64,000 bases of DNA, taken from positions 62,001-126,000 of the forward strand of contig NMRA01000267.1 in assembly GCA_002633005.1 (NCBI GenBank), given 5' to 3'. Source of the stretch: Phoronis australis (taxonomy: Eukaryota; Animalia; Phoronida). Position 1 is the stretch's first letter. Every line of letters begins with the position of its first letter. Shown piece after piece: positions 25,690 to 36,741 of the stretch. The notes under the pieces were generated by a model that saw only the letters and a list, made by a program, of their open reading frames with translations, was not told the DNA's origin and did not search any database. The position numbers were made by a program, and so were the translations under genes.

Positions 25690-26646
25690 GGTTATGGGCC
25701 CAGCGCCAGGAGCCGACTCTTATTCGACGGCAAACAGGAAAGTTTCCTGATATGGGATACAAAGTTCACTAACTATCTGTACACACGAGATAAAGATGTG
25801 TACAACACTCTCATGGCGACCCCGGAGGCGCCAACTGGCAGCGATCTGATCAACTGCAATCGCCGAGCGTATGCGGAACTTGTACAGGTACTCGACGAGA
25901 GAAGCCTGCAGCTTATTATGACAGACGCTGATGGTGACGGCAAGAAAACGTACAGAATACTGAGAAACTATTACGATAGCATGGACAAACCCCACATAGT
26001 AATCGCTATGTTGTTAAAAGGCCTGCCCGAGTCCTACAAATCATTCATCGTTGTGCATACACAAATTGAAAAGTGCAAGAGTCTGAGCAAATTCAAAACG
26101 GCACTGAGCAATTACGCCAGTACGGAAGCTGCCCGACAACCGACAACACAGAGCCAGTCTTGTGCAATGACTGCCCGTGGAAAACCGAGAAAACCAAAGT
26201 GCATAGCATGCGGAAAATTGGGACACGAAACAAAAGACTGTTGGGGTAAGTCAGAATTACACTGCAACGTTTGTAAAAAATCTGGCAGTCACACTGAGAG
26301 CGAATGCTTTGCCAAGAAACGCCCGTCGCGTTCGAGAAAACCGAACACTTCAGCACGCATGGCCTCGGGCACAGACCACAGGAACACTGGAGACAATTCG
26401 GACTTTGGTTTCGTCACACGTGCGTACAATTCAGTGGAGAAACAAACTCACACTGGTAAATTGCTTGTTGATGGTGGCGCATCAACCCACATCATTAACG
26501 ACCCTGGATTATTTGTGTCTTACGATAACACGTTTAAGCCGCAGGAACATTTCATCGAGTTAGCAGACAGTCGCCGCAGTAATCAGCTGGCTACTGCGAG
26601 AGGAAATGCTAAATTAACTATCTCAGATGCTCAAGGCATACCGTGA
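25675..26646 (+). pseudogene. Copia gag-protease (internally deleted, ends at a frameshift)
   Basis: GYGPS..LLFDG..WDTKF N-terminus; zinc knuckles CIACGKLGHETKDC and CNVCKKSGSHTESEC; protease LLVDGGASTHII. Confidence 0.9.
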
Positions 26647-27775
26647 CATGTCACATTACACAATGCATTGCTGGCCCGTTTTCCCAATGTGTTTATTTTC
26701 TGTTAGTGCCGCGACTGATCATGGTGGCACTGTTACGTTTGCTAAAGGGAAAGCCACGTTAACCCAGGGAGGTACGACGTTCAATATAGCTCGACGCGGA
26801 AATTTGTATTACCTACCCACGCAAACGGATATCACGCAAACGTATGTAACGCGTTCGTTAGAAGAATGGCATCACGTCTTGGGACACATGAACTATGACA
26901 ACATATTAAATCTCGAGAAGGTTTGCGATGGAATGACCGTAGTGAAGCGGCAAAAGCGAAGCTGCACGACGTGCGACTTAAACAAGATTACGAAACAGCC
27001 GATCAACAGGGACATACCCGTGACACATGCAAAACGACCGCTCGAGAGGGTACACACCGATGTGTGCGGCCCCATTACCCCGAACTCGCGGGAAAGATAT
27101 AAGTACATTATCAATTTTGTGGATGAATATTCGAGTGCATTGTTTGTGTACTTCCTGAGATCGAAAGACGAAGCTCACATCGCCCTGAAAAGCTTCATCT
27201 CGGACACAGCGTCGTACGGCAAAATACTCGAAATACATAGTGACAACGGTGGCGAATATGTAGGTGAATCTTTTCGCTCTGTACTACGCAACTCTGGCAT
27301 CAAACATTCTACAACCGCTTCCTACAGCAGTTTCCAGAACGGGAAAAGTTCGATTATGGAAATGGCGCGATGCCTACTCGAAGAGGCACCTGTCGACAAA
27401 ATGTATTGGCCATGTGTGGTAAAATACGCTCAGTATCTGCGGAACAGAAGCTTCCAACGTCGCACCGGAAAAACAGCCTATGAACTATTCTGCGACAAGA
27501 AACCAGACATGTGACAAATGCATCATTTTGGATCGACCTGTGTTATTTTGAACGAACGTTCCAAAAGTAAGCTGGATAATCGCTGGAAACTTGGGACATA
27601 TCTTGGAATTAACCCGCTGATCAATACGCACTACGTTCTGGACTCTGAGAGTGGTCGTGTACTTACATCATGCTACATTAGAATGCAGACGGAGTACACT
27701 TTTGATGGTGTATACAAGTATCAATTACGTGTACGTGGTGATGAACATTCCGACCACATACAACGAAGCAATTAA
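26627..27775 (+). pseudogene. Copia integrase (disrupted)
   Basis: WHHVLGH..CTTC HHCC motif, VHTDVCGP, HSDNGGEY; the catalytic-Glu segment (QNGxAER) is deleted (QNGKSSIMEMAR); in-frame TGA at 27512-27514. Confidence 0.9.
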
Positions 27776-29258
27776 CGCACCCGATGCTTTTAAATGGAAA
27801 CAAGTTATGGATAGAGAGATCGAGTCACTAAAATCAAATGACACGTGCGAAATTGTTGCCCGGCCCGAGGATCGCGCAGAGACCAAAGGCAAATGGGTTT
27901 ATACGATTAAACAAGGCAAGAACCCTGAAGATGACGTCCAGCACAAAGCTAGATACGTGGCGAAAGGATTTTCACAGATACCCGGAGTAGACTATGATGA
28001 AACGTTTTCGCCAACGTCAAGATTTACGTCATTGCGAATGCTCCTTCAGAAAGCAGTGAACGAGAAAATGGTAATACACCAAATGGATGTCAAGGGTGCA
28101 TACCTGAACGCCCCCATTGACAAGGAGATATTTGTAGCACAGCCATCCGGTTACGAACAATCGTCAACAGACGGCAGGCGACTGACATGTAGACTGAATA
28201 AATCACTTTACGGCCTTAAACAGTCTTGCCGATTGCGGTATGGAACATTAACAAGTTTCCTACAGGAGTTGGGTTTCACACAGAGTAAAAATGACCCCTG
28301 CATGTTCAGTCGTGACACAGCGACCCTAATGTTTTGGGTGGATGATATCGTGGTCGCAAGCAGCTGTGAATCGGAAATAACGGACATTAAATCACAGATC
28401 AGTGAAAGATTCAGGATGGATGACTGTGGCGAACTCAAATGGTTCCTGGGCATGGACTTCAAGCGCGTCCCAGATGGCTGCTACACTGCAAATCAGGAAC
28501 GTTACGTCAGAGCAGTACTTGACCGTTTCGGCATGACCGAATGCAAACCCGTAGCAACACCAATTTACCCCGCAGTGAAACTGACACCAGTAACTAGTGA
28601 TACCGAGGACCATGGATACCCTTACAGACAGGCCGATGGGAGTCTCGTTTATTTAAGCTGTGCGACCAGACCAGACATCAGCTGGTCACTATCGATGTTG
28701 TCACAATTTCTGGACAAACCCGTACATACACACATAGTGGCATTGAAACATGTATTGCGTTACCTACAAGGGACAAAATCATACGGATTAACGTTTAGAC
28801 TATCGAATTCTCCGATCACTGGTTACACCGATTCCGACTGGGCTGGCGACGCGAGTGACCGGAAGTCAACTTCCGGGTACGTGTTCGGGGTACCTGGATC
28901 TGCGCCAGTTTTGTGGAAGAGCCAGAAACAACCGACAGTAGCACTCTCCTCATGCGAGGCCGAGTACATGGCTTTAACAGAGTCCACAAAGGAGATGTTA
29001 CATCTCCGGTCACTGACAAATGACTTGGGACTCCCGCTACCGAAAATGTCAGTAATCTATTCCGATAACCAGGGCACGATTGCACTTACAAAGGAATCTG
29101 CTAAGCAACATCAAAGGACCAAGCACATTGATGTCCATTATCACTTCGTGAGAGAACAAGAGAACATTCTGGTGACAACCATGCGGACATTCTTACTAAG
29201 GGACTGGGAAAGACTGCTCATTTACATGGTGCAACGAACCTGGGACTTTTGTGCTAAG
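27741..29258 (+). pseudogene. Copia reverse transcriptase / RNase H
   Basis: IPTTYNEA, KARYVAKGFSQ, QMDVKGAYLN, LYGLKQS, WVDD, GYTDSDWAGD, SSCEAEY, TKHIDVHYHFVRE; terminal NHADILTKGL lies in a shifted frame at ~29175-29210. Confidence 0.92.
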
Positions 29259-29340
29259 TTTTTGTTAATTGTTCGTTGCAACCCCTGGGCTTGTTTTTTT
29301 TTGTGTGTGGGCCTGCTCCCGATTAAGGGGGGGGGGGGGG

Positions 29341-29522
29341 TGTTGAGTATATAACCTACCTAGCAGGCACCATATGTTAGTAATCATGTAGAACTTATGT
29401 AAGTCTTTATTGCGCATGCTCACTGTAGCCACATGTATTATAACCACGTGTTTTAGTCCGTCGAATATAGTTAGTGATTCTGTACACACGTATTTTTTTA
29501 TTCCACGATGTTCCTCGCAACA
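29341..29522 (+). repeat. Copia 3' LTR (182 bp)
   Basis: TGTTGA...GCAACA directly after the poly-G PPT. Confidence 0.95.
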
Positions 29523-29745
29523 GGGGCCAAATGCAAATATGAAGAGTTTCGAGTCAGGAGAGAACTAACTTGCCCCCATGGCTACGTCAGTACAAGTAGG
29601 CCAACAGTGTGTGAACACAATTTCATGAAATTTGCACCCCGTAGCTGCATACATCACAAAGAAAAGGAAAACATGCCGCGTAATCCAATGCTAGCCCGTT
29701 TCTTCCATATCCAATGAATAGTCCTCAGCTGTTCAAAAATGCTTG

Positions 29746-29849
29746 TCATGATGCACCGGATTCTTTCTGTTGGTGTATTTTTCTCAGCTGCATGAATATT
29801 TCGTAGGTAGTAAGATTTTTTGTTTTGAATAGGAATTGCTGACCATCAT
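29746..29849 (-). CDS. MRPL53: MRPL53 exon 3 (terminal)
   Basis: NDGQQFLFKTKNLTTYEIFMQLRKIHQQKESGAS*; long pyrimidine acceptor. Confidence 0.9.
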
Positions 29850-32395
29850 CTGAAAAGAAAAGAAAAACGCAAGATAAATCTGACTGGAACAGTATCAAGA
29901 AGAGCATGAACAATTGACACATTTGTAACCGCTATATTCAATACATTTTCAAATGAATTTACGAACAGGTAAATCACAATCAAGGTATGTATTCGGTAGC
30001 CATTTTTGGTGAAAAATGAAGGCTGTCACATAACTATAAAAGCTGCGTAATTCATGGGCGGCACAGCACTGAAAAAAGTGAGGGCTAAAGCCCCCCAGCC
30101 CCCTTGTGCTGTGCCGCCAATAGACCATGGGCGGCACAGCACTGAAAAAAGTGGGGGCTATAGCCCCACCAGCTCCATATGGTGTGCCACCCACGTTATT
30201 TTATGGCACCATCATTCCAGGTTTGTAATCTAAAATAGTTTTGGACACGAATCACTGAATAAAATTTTATGGCCTCCTCACAATATAAAAGGGTACATAC
30301 ATAACTTGTGGTCACAACCCACTTCTACTTTATTCTTTCTATTAAATTCAAACCATGTATAAATGAGTTTGTTACAAGATAGGAACATCCTTGAAAACAT
30401 TTTGCATTCATATTATCTTCAAATTATGACCAGAGGATACAGTTTAAACATACAATGTGTTCAGACTCAACCTACTATATTTGACTTCTATTTGGGGATC
30501 TGATCTGTTAGACATCACATCCATCTTCACAGAAAACGACCCTGTCTGTCGAATCTTTGGTGCAGTCACATAGAAGTGAAAGTCCCTGAAACGAATAACT
30601 CATAATGTTACAAATTAAAGGCTGACCATCTAAAGAACATCTTCATATTATAAGTGAATGGGATATTTGTAGACAAGGTGACAAAGCACTTTTTATGCTA
30701 GTGAAACCACTTGGAAGGCTAGCCTCCATACAAAGCTGTATACTAAAATATTCGATAATCTTCATACAGCTACCTGGCTAGCTACTCGAAGGTCTCAGTG
30801 GAAACAAAAATTATTGAAGGCAACATAGAGATAAACTTTATGAAACACTGTAGGACATACCACAATGGGCAAATCTCCACTCTAACGTTATGTAAACAGC
30901 ATTTTTAGGTGAGGCTGTGAAATGGAACAGGGAATAAATAAGCAACTAAGCCGTATTTAAAGAGTCCTGGCTATCTGCGAAATGATGAATCTCATAGAAA
31001 GCACGAATTTGCAGGGACGTATTAACACGAAGTCAGTATGCAGGTTTCATAATAGACAGTGCCTTCATCTCTACATAGCAGTAGAGACAGTGATGCGCTC
31101 CCTTGCCCTTCATCAAAAAACATCAGACATTCAACAGCCACTTTTTGGCTATCAGCGGACTATCAACGGTGAAATTTCCAGATTTTCGAGCTGTGCGTGC
31201 CTTCGAAAATTGGAGAATTTCATCGCTGATAGCAGTCCGATTTAATCTTCGTCTTCTTTTTGGTTTAAGTAACCACACTCTATCCAGAATATTGTGTCAC
31301 TGTATAACCCCCCACTTTTTTCAGAGCTACACCACACATGGTGTATGGGCGGTGAACTACATGGGGGCTGAAGGGTTTAGCCCCCCACTTTTACAGAGCT
31401 GCGTCACCCATGAAGACAAAAACAACTAAATAACAAGAATAAAAATGCATACATAGTAAATGTCACTTCAGAGAATTGTTAGCATATAGCTAGGTTGTTC
31501 ACAGGCAGCCCAGCCAGTAAGAGGGTACCCCAGATAGAGGCATCCAACTATGTTACTTCAGATAGCTTGCTGACAAAACGTCAAGAGATGGGGCTGATGT
31601 AATGAAGCCCGGCAAACTATTCCAATCTGCGATTGTTTTAGAAAAGAATGATTTATCACAGGCAATCGTCACGTTGTTTTAAGTACCTTTTGTGCATAGA
31701 GGGACATCTTAGGAGGCCGCCAATGTCTAAATAGAGTATTATTCCCTTCAACTTGAACACGTACCATGGGCAGATCCAGGATTTTGAGTTGCGGGGGAAG
31801 GGGCAGGGCAGAGTATTAGCCAGGATTTTGCCAGTCAGACATTGGCACTCCCTAACTGCCCAATGGAATCTTGTAGAATTTTAAGGGGGGGAATGGCCGT
31901 CTTCTAAATCCGCCACTGCGTACTCCCATAATCAAACTTTTGTCTTCGAACAGTCCTTCATTCAGTTGCCCAAACCGGCGGCTGGCCATTTTTACATTGC
32001 GCGTACTCTATCACCCGCCAGGAGCGCGCGCAGTGTTGTAATGGGCAGTGTCCCTCTCTACGTAAAAGGTACTAATAACAACGTGACTTTGATATTTCGC
32101 CCAAAAGTTTCCGGTGCACGAAGCTCCTATATAGGGGCCAGCTAGCCTAGAGACGGTGCGGTGGTCACGACACAACTGACACAAGTTAGTAAGCTTTCAG
32201 CAGATTTCACCGGCCGCGCAGACTAACATAGGCCTACCTCGTCGATTTCACATGTTCGTGAAAAGGATCGAATTGAATTTTTATATTCTTAACGTGCTTC
32301 ATGTCGATTTGCTTTAGAAGTCCATGTAAATGAGTATTCGCCTTTCGAAAGCCATAACGAGTAACGTTCCGTATTTCGGGAAGAACTCTCGCCAT
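29746..32395 (-). CDS. MRPL53: Mitochondrial ribosomal protein L53 (mL53), complete, 3 exons, 123 aa
   Basis: complement(join(29746-29849,30476-30585,32238-32395)) = 372 nt, GT-AG; MKHVKNIKIQFDPFHEHVKSTRDF...SDPQIEVKYNDGQQFLFKTKNLTTYEI matches the mL53 pattern (human [24 protein letters not shown]...[27 protein letters not shown]). Confidence 0.92.
30053..30195. mobile_element. MITE-like fragments (CATGGGCGGCACAGC terminus, two tandem copies); related inverted copy at ~31300-31412
   Basis: catgggcggcacagcactgaaaaaagtg(a/g)gggct repeated at 30053 and 30126; reverse-complement-like ccccccacttttacagagctgcgtcacccatg at 31381-31412. Confidence 0.55.
30476..30585 (-). CDS. MRPL53: MRPL53 exon 2
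   Basis: DFHFYVTAPKIRQTGSFSVKMDVMSNRSDPQIEVKY; ttcag acceptor, GTAGGT donor. Confidence 0.9.
31765..31918. mobile_element. 154-bp MITE with 5-bp TSD (CGTAC)
   Basis: TIRs catgggcagatccag / ctaaatccgccactg; CGTAC at 31760-31764 and 31919-31923; empty site visible in the paralogous repeat near 34790-34810. Confidence 0.75.
32238..32395 (-). CDS. MRPL53: MRPL53 exon 1
   Basis: MARVLPEIRNVTRYGFRK...QFDPFHEHVKSTR; AG|GTAGGC donor. Confidence 0.9.
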
Positions 32396-32700
32396 GACTT
32401 TTAAATTGTGTCCCCTGTCACGATGCGCTCTTATTTGTAAAAGACTATTTGATTGGATAATGAATCTGACGTTCAAAATACGCTTCTGCTTTAAAACATT
32501 TAAAACCATTCTTTACCAAAATTGAAGGAATAAAATTAAATACTTTGCAATTTTTATTCAAAATATTGTTTTATCATTGAAAATTTTCCATAAACACTAA
32601 TTTTTTTGTAAATAAATTACCATTTAACAATATTCTAGTTTGGCGTATCTTTACAAAAGTTTACACGAATAGGGAATTCTGTAACAAAGTCATTCGCATT
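32396..32700. promoter_or_regulatory. Bidirectional promoter region MRPL53 / CLK
   Basis: About 370 bp between the MRPL53 ATG and a strong plus-strand donor at 32769; AT-rich core. Confidence 0.45.
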
Positions 32701-32768
32701 CAGAGAGACTCAGATCCACGAAACTGGATTTTTTGTGGGACCAGATTGCTCATTTACGAAACAAAAAC
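32700..32768 (+). other. Probable non-coding first exon of CLK (5' end approximate)
   Basis: AAC|GTAAGT donor; the CLK ATG directly follows an acceptor, so an upstream UTR exon is required. Confidence 0.5.
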
Positions 32769-33346
32769 GTAAGTATGTTGATCGTGTTACATGAGGAAAG
32801 GTTTCAAATATTATGCCGTCATGGTAAATGTAATTAGGGTAATGGAATTTTTGTTATGTTGAAGGTCATACCCGAACATCTCACCCTCACCTGTGGCTGT
32901 TTTCTGGTTTTTCACTCATCATGATTCATGAAGGCATGATAATCATGATATGTTCACCTGGTGTCTTGGGAGCTACTCATATAACTCACTCAGCGTGAGT
33001 TATATGTTACAGATAAGGGCCAAAATGTATAGCCCATAAAAGTTTCTCTTCTTAAAATACAGTGAATAGACATCGAATGAAACGTCCACATAATGAGAGT
33101 TAAGGTGGCAGGTTGACGTACACATAGTGTACCTAATTATCGGACGGAACCTAAATATCGGACATTTCAAAAAATCTTACTTGAAGCATAATCTGAGAGT
33201 TAAATGACACCAATTGTTGTTCCGTTGTAATGCATTCAATGTCCGGCACCGTCTCGTTTTTTTACAGCGTTGCCTCGTTTTGATTTCACCGAGAGAGGGT
33301 GCAATTTAGACCCCCCCAGTCCGCAGTCGGCCTAAACTGGACGATC

Positions 33347-34062
33347 NNNNNNNNNNNNNNNNNNNNNNNNNNNNNNNNNNNNNNNNNNNNNNNNNNNNNN
33401 NNNNNNNNNNNNNNNNNNNNNNNNNNNNNNNNNNNNNNNNNNNNNNNNNNNNNNNNNNNNNNNNNNNNNNNNNNNNNNNNNNNNNNNNNNNNNNNNNNNN
33501 NNNNNNNNNNNNNNNNNNNNNNNNNNNNNNNNNNNNNNNNNNNNNNNNNNNNNNNNNNNNNNNNNNNNNNNNNNNNNNNNNNNNNNNNNNNNNNNNNNNN
33601 NNNNNNNNNNNNNNNNNNNNNNNNNNNNNNNNNNNNNNNNNNNNNNNNNNNNNNNNNNNNNNNNNNNNNNNNNNNNNNNNNNNNNNNNNNNNNNNNNNNN
33701 NNNNNNNNNNNNNNNNNNNNNNNNNNNNNNNNNNNNNNNNNNNNNNNNNNNNNNNNNNNNNNNNNNNNNNNNNNNNNNNNNNNNNNNNNNNNNNNNNNNN
33801 NNNNNNNNNNNNNNNNNNNNNNNNNNNNNNNNNNNNNNNNNNNNNNNNNNNNNNNNNNNNNNNNNNNNNNNNNNNNNNNNNNNNNNNNNNNNNNNNNNNN
33901 NNNNNNNNNNNNNNNNNNNNNNNNNNNNNNNNNNNNNNNNNNNNNNNNNNNNNNNNNNNNNNNNNNNNNNNNNNNNNNNNNNNNNNNNNNNNNNNNNNNN
34001 NNNNNNNNNNNNNNNNNNNNNNNNNNNNNNNNNNNNNNNNNNNNNNNNNNNNNNNNNNNNNN
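33347..34062. other. Assembly gap (N run) flanked by transposon-like ends
   Basis: Run of N; the ORFs spanning it are artefacts. Confidence 0.99.
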
Positions 34063-34448
34063 ACTTTGATGTGCACAGACGTTTTCAATGAGGTTGTTCA
34101 CGTAAAACGCTAAGAACCCAGCATCAATTATCGCTCTGTATTTTATTGTTTTGGCCTTACAAAACTTGATCGACCCTGGGACATTTTGATACATTGTTCA
34201 AGCTACCCCTGGAGCGCGTGTTTGGGTAAATCTGAACGATAAATATTTTCGAAAATATATCCCAAAAATGCACAAAAAAGTGAATTAGTGAAATGTACTG
34301 TTTTTAAGATACATTTGAAAAAAGAAGCCACTCACTCACTGTTTGTTATCATATTGTGAATACGAACACGTTTGACGTTCGTAAGGAGACGAACGCTGGA
34401 AACTTCGCCAGATGTCGCAGGACTGTGCAGAAGATGAAATAAGATCGT

Positions 34449-34508
34449 TCACGACTTTAGGGCACTCACGACTTTAGGGCACTCACGACTTTAGGACCTC
34501 TGACGGTA
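34449..34508. repeat. 17-bp tandem repeat (TCACGACTTTAGGGCAC x ~2.8) ending in TGACGGTA; likely Tc1/mariner-pogo-type terminus
   Basis: Units at 34449, 34466 and 34483; reverse complement begins TACCGTCA. Confidence 0.6.
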
Positions 34509-35798
34509 TGGCTGTGACTGTGTAAACTGTAAATTGGCAGGGCCTACACAGGCAGCAAGGTGACTGTCACTACAAAAGTTAATTGGGGATACTGGACTAG
34601 TGACCACCATCTCTAGCTGGTCCCAGTAGTGATACCGTAAGCTTTCCAAAGAATTATGCCACAATGAAAGATTAAAACATCAAAGTCACATTGTTATAAG
34701 TACCGTTTGTGCTTAGAGGGACACCTTACTCCTTACTAGACCGCTTTGGCTTAGGTTAGTAGGGCGTCGATGTCTTTAGTTCCTTCCAACTCGAACAAAT
34801 GCTCCCATAATCAAACTTTTTCTTCGAACAGTCATTCGTTCAGTTGCCCAAAAAGGCAACTGGTCATTTTTGACACTGCGTGCTCTGTATAAATAGGACC
34901 TTCTACTGGAGCTAGGCAATTACATCGACCTGGATAGCGCAGGCATACAGGGAGGATGTATTTCAAAATACAGCCAATAAAATCAAATGAACCATACAGA
35001 TAGGAACATGGAGTTATGATTAACACATACCATGACTCTCGATACAATTTAGTCGGCACAAATTGAATATGTTCATGAAAATCTGTTGTGATTTGCTCGA
35101 GTTTCTCTTGCCGGGTGCCATTTTGAGGAAGTTGCGTGAAATAATGCATGCTGATGAATAAAAAGTCCAAGGGACACAAATCTTACAAATTTCACCTGAT
35201 ACTTTCCCATGCTATTTTGCAAGTGTCACACGACAGCGTCACATGCTTCGTTCAGTCTCGCGCTAGCCTTTGCCTAACTCACGTGACTCAGATGAAATAC
35301 TTTGTGGTTATCGCGCTCGTGGTGAAAAAGTTAGCGATGACCAAAAAGTGGAGTTGCATTTCTTTGCCAAATTTACCTTTCATTGTCATAGCTATACTTC
35401 ATCGAAGATATGTGTAGAAATAGAAAAGACCACTGAAGAAAGTAAGCACTTTTTTAAGTCATTGTTTTAAGTGTGCAATGTATTTTCGATGAGGTGAAAA
35501 CTCGCAATCAGTGACCGGATTTGGCCTACCGCCCGTTTAAAATACACGAGACAAAATTCGTACAGAATGCGATGGGAAGTATTGTAGCCCCTAACCGGCC
35601 AATTGAGGGGCTACGTGTTGCCTATACTGGAGCCAGCTAGAGACGATGGTCACTGTCTATATGGGGATGCGTGAATGGCAACATGTACATAAGATTGCTT
35701 AGTACCCTGTGCACCTTGTGAGGCTGCACACAAGTACCTCTACTTAACTATGAGCCATAGCCCGTTATAGACATCAGTTGGTATAACATAATTTACAA

Positions 35799-35834
35799 AG
35801 CGATATTTCGAGACACATATCTCCTCTTCAGGCT
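35799..35834 (-). ncRNA. Minimal type-I hammerhead ribozyme motif
   Basis: AGC-CUGAAGA-G-GAGAU(AUGU)GUCUC-GAAA-UA-UC-GCU: stem I AGC/GCU, 5-bp stem II, palindromic AUAU stem/loop III. Confidence 0.65.
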
Positions 35835-35854
35835 ACTATTTACAACTACTTCAC

Positions 35855-35890
35855 AACCTGAAGAGGAGATATATGTCTCGAAATATCGCT
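35855..35890 (+). ncRNA. Minimal type-I hammerhead ribozyme motif (stem I mismatched)
   Basis: AAC-CUGAAGA-G-GAGAU(AUAU)GUCUC-GAAA-UA-UC-GCU. Confidence 0.55.
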
Positions 35891-36191
35891 TTGTAAATTA
35901 TGTTACCTACTGATGTCGTTTGGATTTTTATTGCACTGTTTTGATGTAAAGACAAGATCTCTATTTAGAGAGTTTGAAAGAACTGAAATTAAACTCGTAA
36001 AAACAGATCAAAGTCGTGTTTTCAATAAAATATGTATATGAGAAAGATTACTGCCACATTATACTAAATACCTCCAGTGAAGATGTTAAGGCTATAGACT
36101 AGAGAAAAGACAGTGTTGACTACTGATATTGAACTCTAGAAATTTGCATCGAGTTTGGAATTGGTATTGTGGAGAACACTGGGTGCTGTAT

Positions 36192-36741
36192 TAATAGCTG
36201 AGATTAGGCGACCCAGGAATCGAACAAACGACCCTGGTAAAACCGGCAAGCGTGCTAACAATTTGACAAATAGGCAGTTGCCCGTTAGCGTGTGGCTGAC
36301 AGAGGTTCATGTGATTCACCAGAAGCACGTCTACAGCATTCCCCCTTTCTTACGGAACAGGTGCGCCTCCTGGCTGCAGATCTCGGCAACACCTTAGTAT
36401 CAAGAAAATTTGCCCTCAGCAACAATACCCTGAACCTTGGAATTTACCCTTAGTAACACAACCGTGTTCTGGATCCATACTAATGGTGCTGTGTCCGAGG
36501 TCCGTAGGCCTCTAGGCCCCTGAGTTGGCAGTGCTTCCTCAGTATATCATCCATTAGCCAAGTATGCCAATCTTAGCAATAGCTGAGATTATCCAACCCT
36601 GGAATCAAACCGACGACACCGATACAACCGGCCAGCGTGCTAACCATTTGACTAGTAGGCAATTACCTGTCAGCAAAGTGGCTTACAGTAGCTTGTATGA
36701 TTCACCGGAAGCATGTATACAACAGTGCCATTTTTAGGAAC
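36192..36741 (-). mobile_element. Two diverged copies of a segment containing a tRNA-like (SINE) head
   Basis: Copies ~36192-36360 and ~36577-36741; minus strand A box TAGTCAAATGG, B boxes GGTTTGATTCC and TGTTCGATTCC. Confidence 0.55.

Larger units (their letters stand above)
25510..29522 (+). mobile_element. Full-length but defective Ty1/Copia LTR retrotransposon
   Basis: TG...CA LTRs 25510-25689 and 29341-29522; PBS GGTTATGGGCCCAG 25690-25703; G-rich PPT ending 29340; 5-bp TSD agggc/ggggc (1 mismatch); domain order gag-PR-INT-RT-RH. Confidence 0.97.
35770..35917. repeat. Long inverted repeat (arms 35770-35832 and 35857-35917) of Penelope-like retroelement type
   Basis: ~60-bp near-perfect arms with a 24-nt spacer; each arm carries CTGAAGA-G-stem-GAAA. 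Confidence 0.85.

Noticed and set aside
32396-32509. In-frame upstream ATG extending MRPL53 by 38 aa
   Set aside because: Lies in AT-rich promoter sequence; the ATG at 32395 has good context and gives a typical mL53 length.
33286-34194. Three 256-302 aa ORFs in the ORF track
   Set aside because: They consist almost entirely of the N gap.
34449-34495. Short direct repeats as a CRISPR-like array
   Set aside because: No spacers and a eukaryotic context; looks like transposon subterminal repeats.
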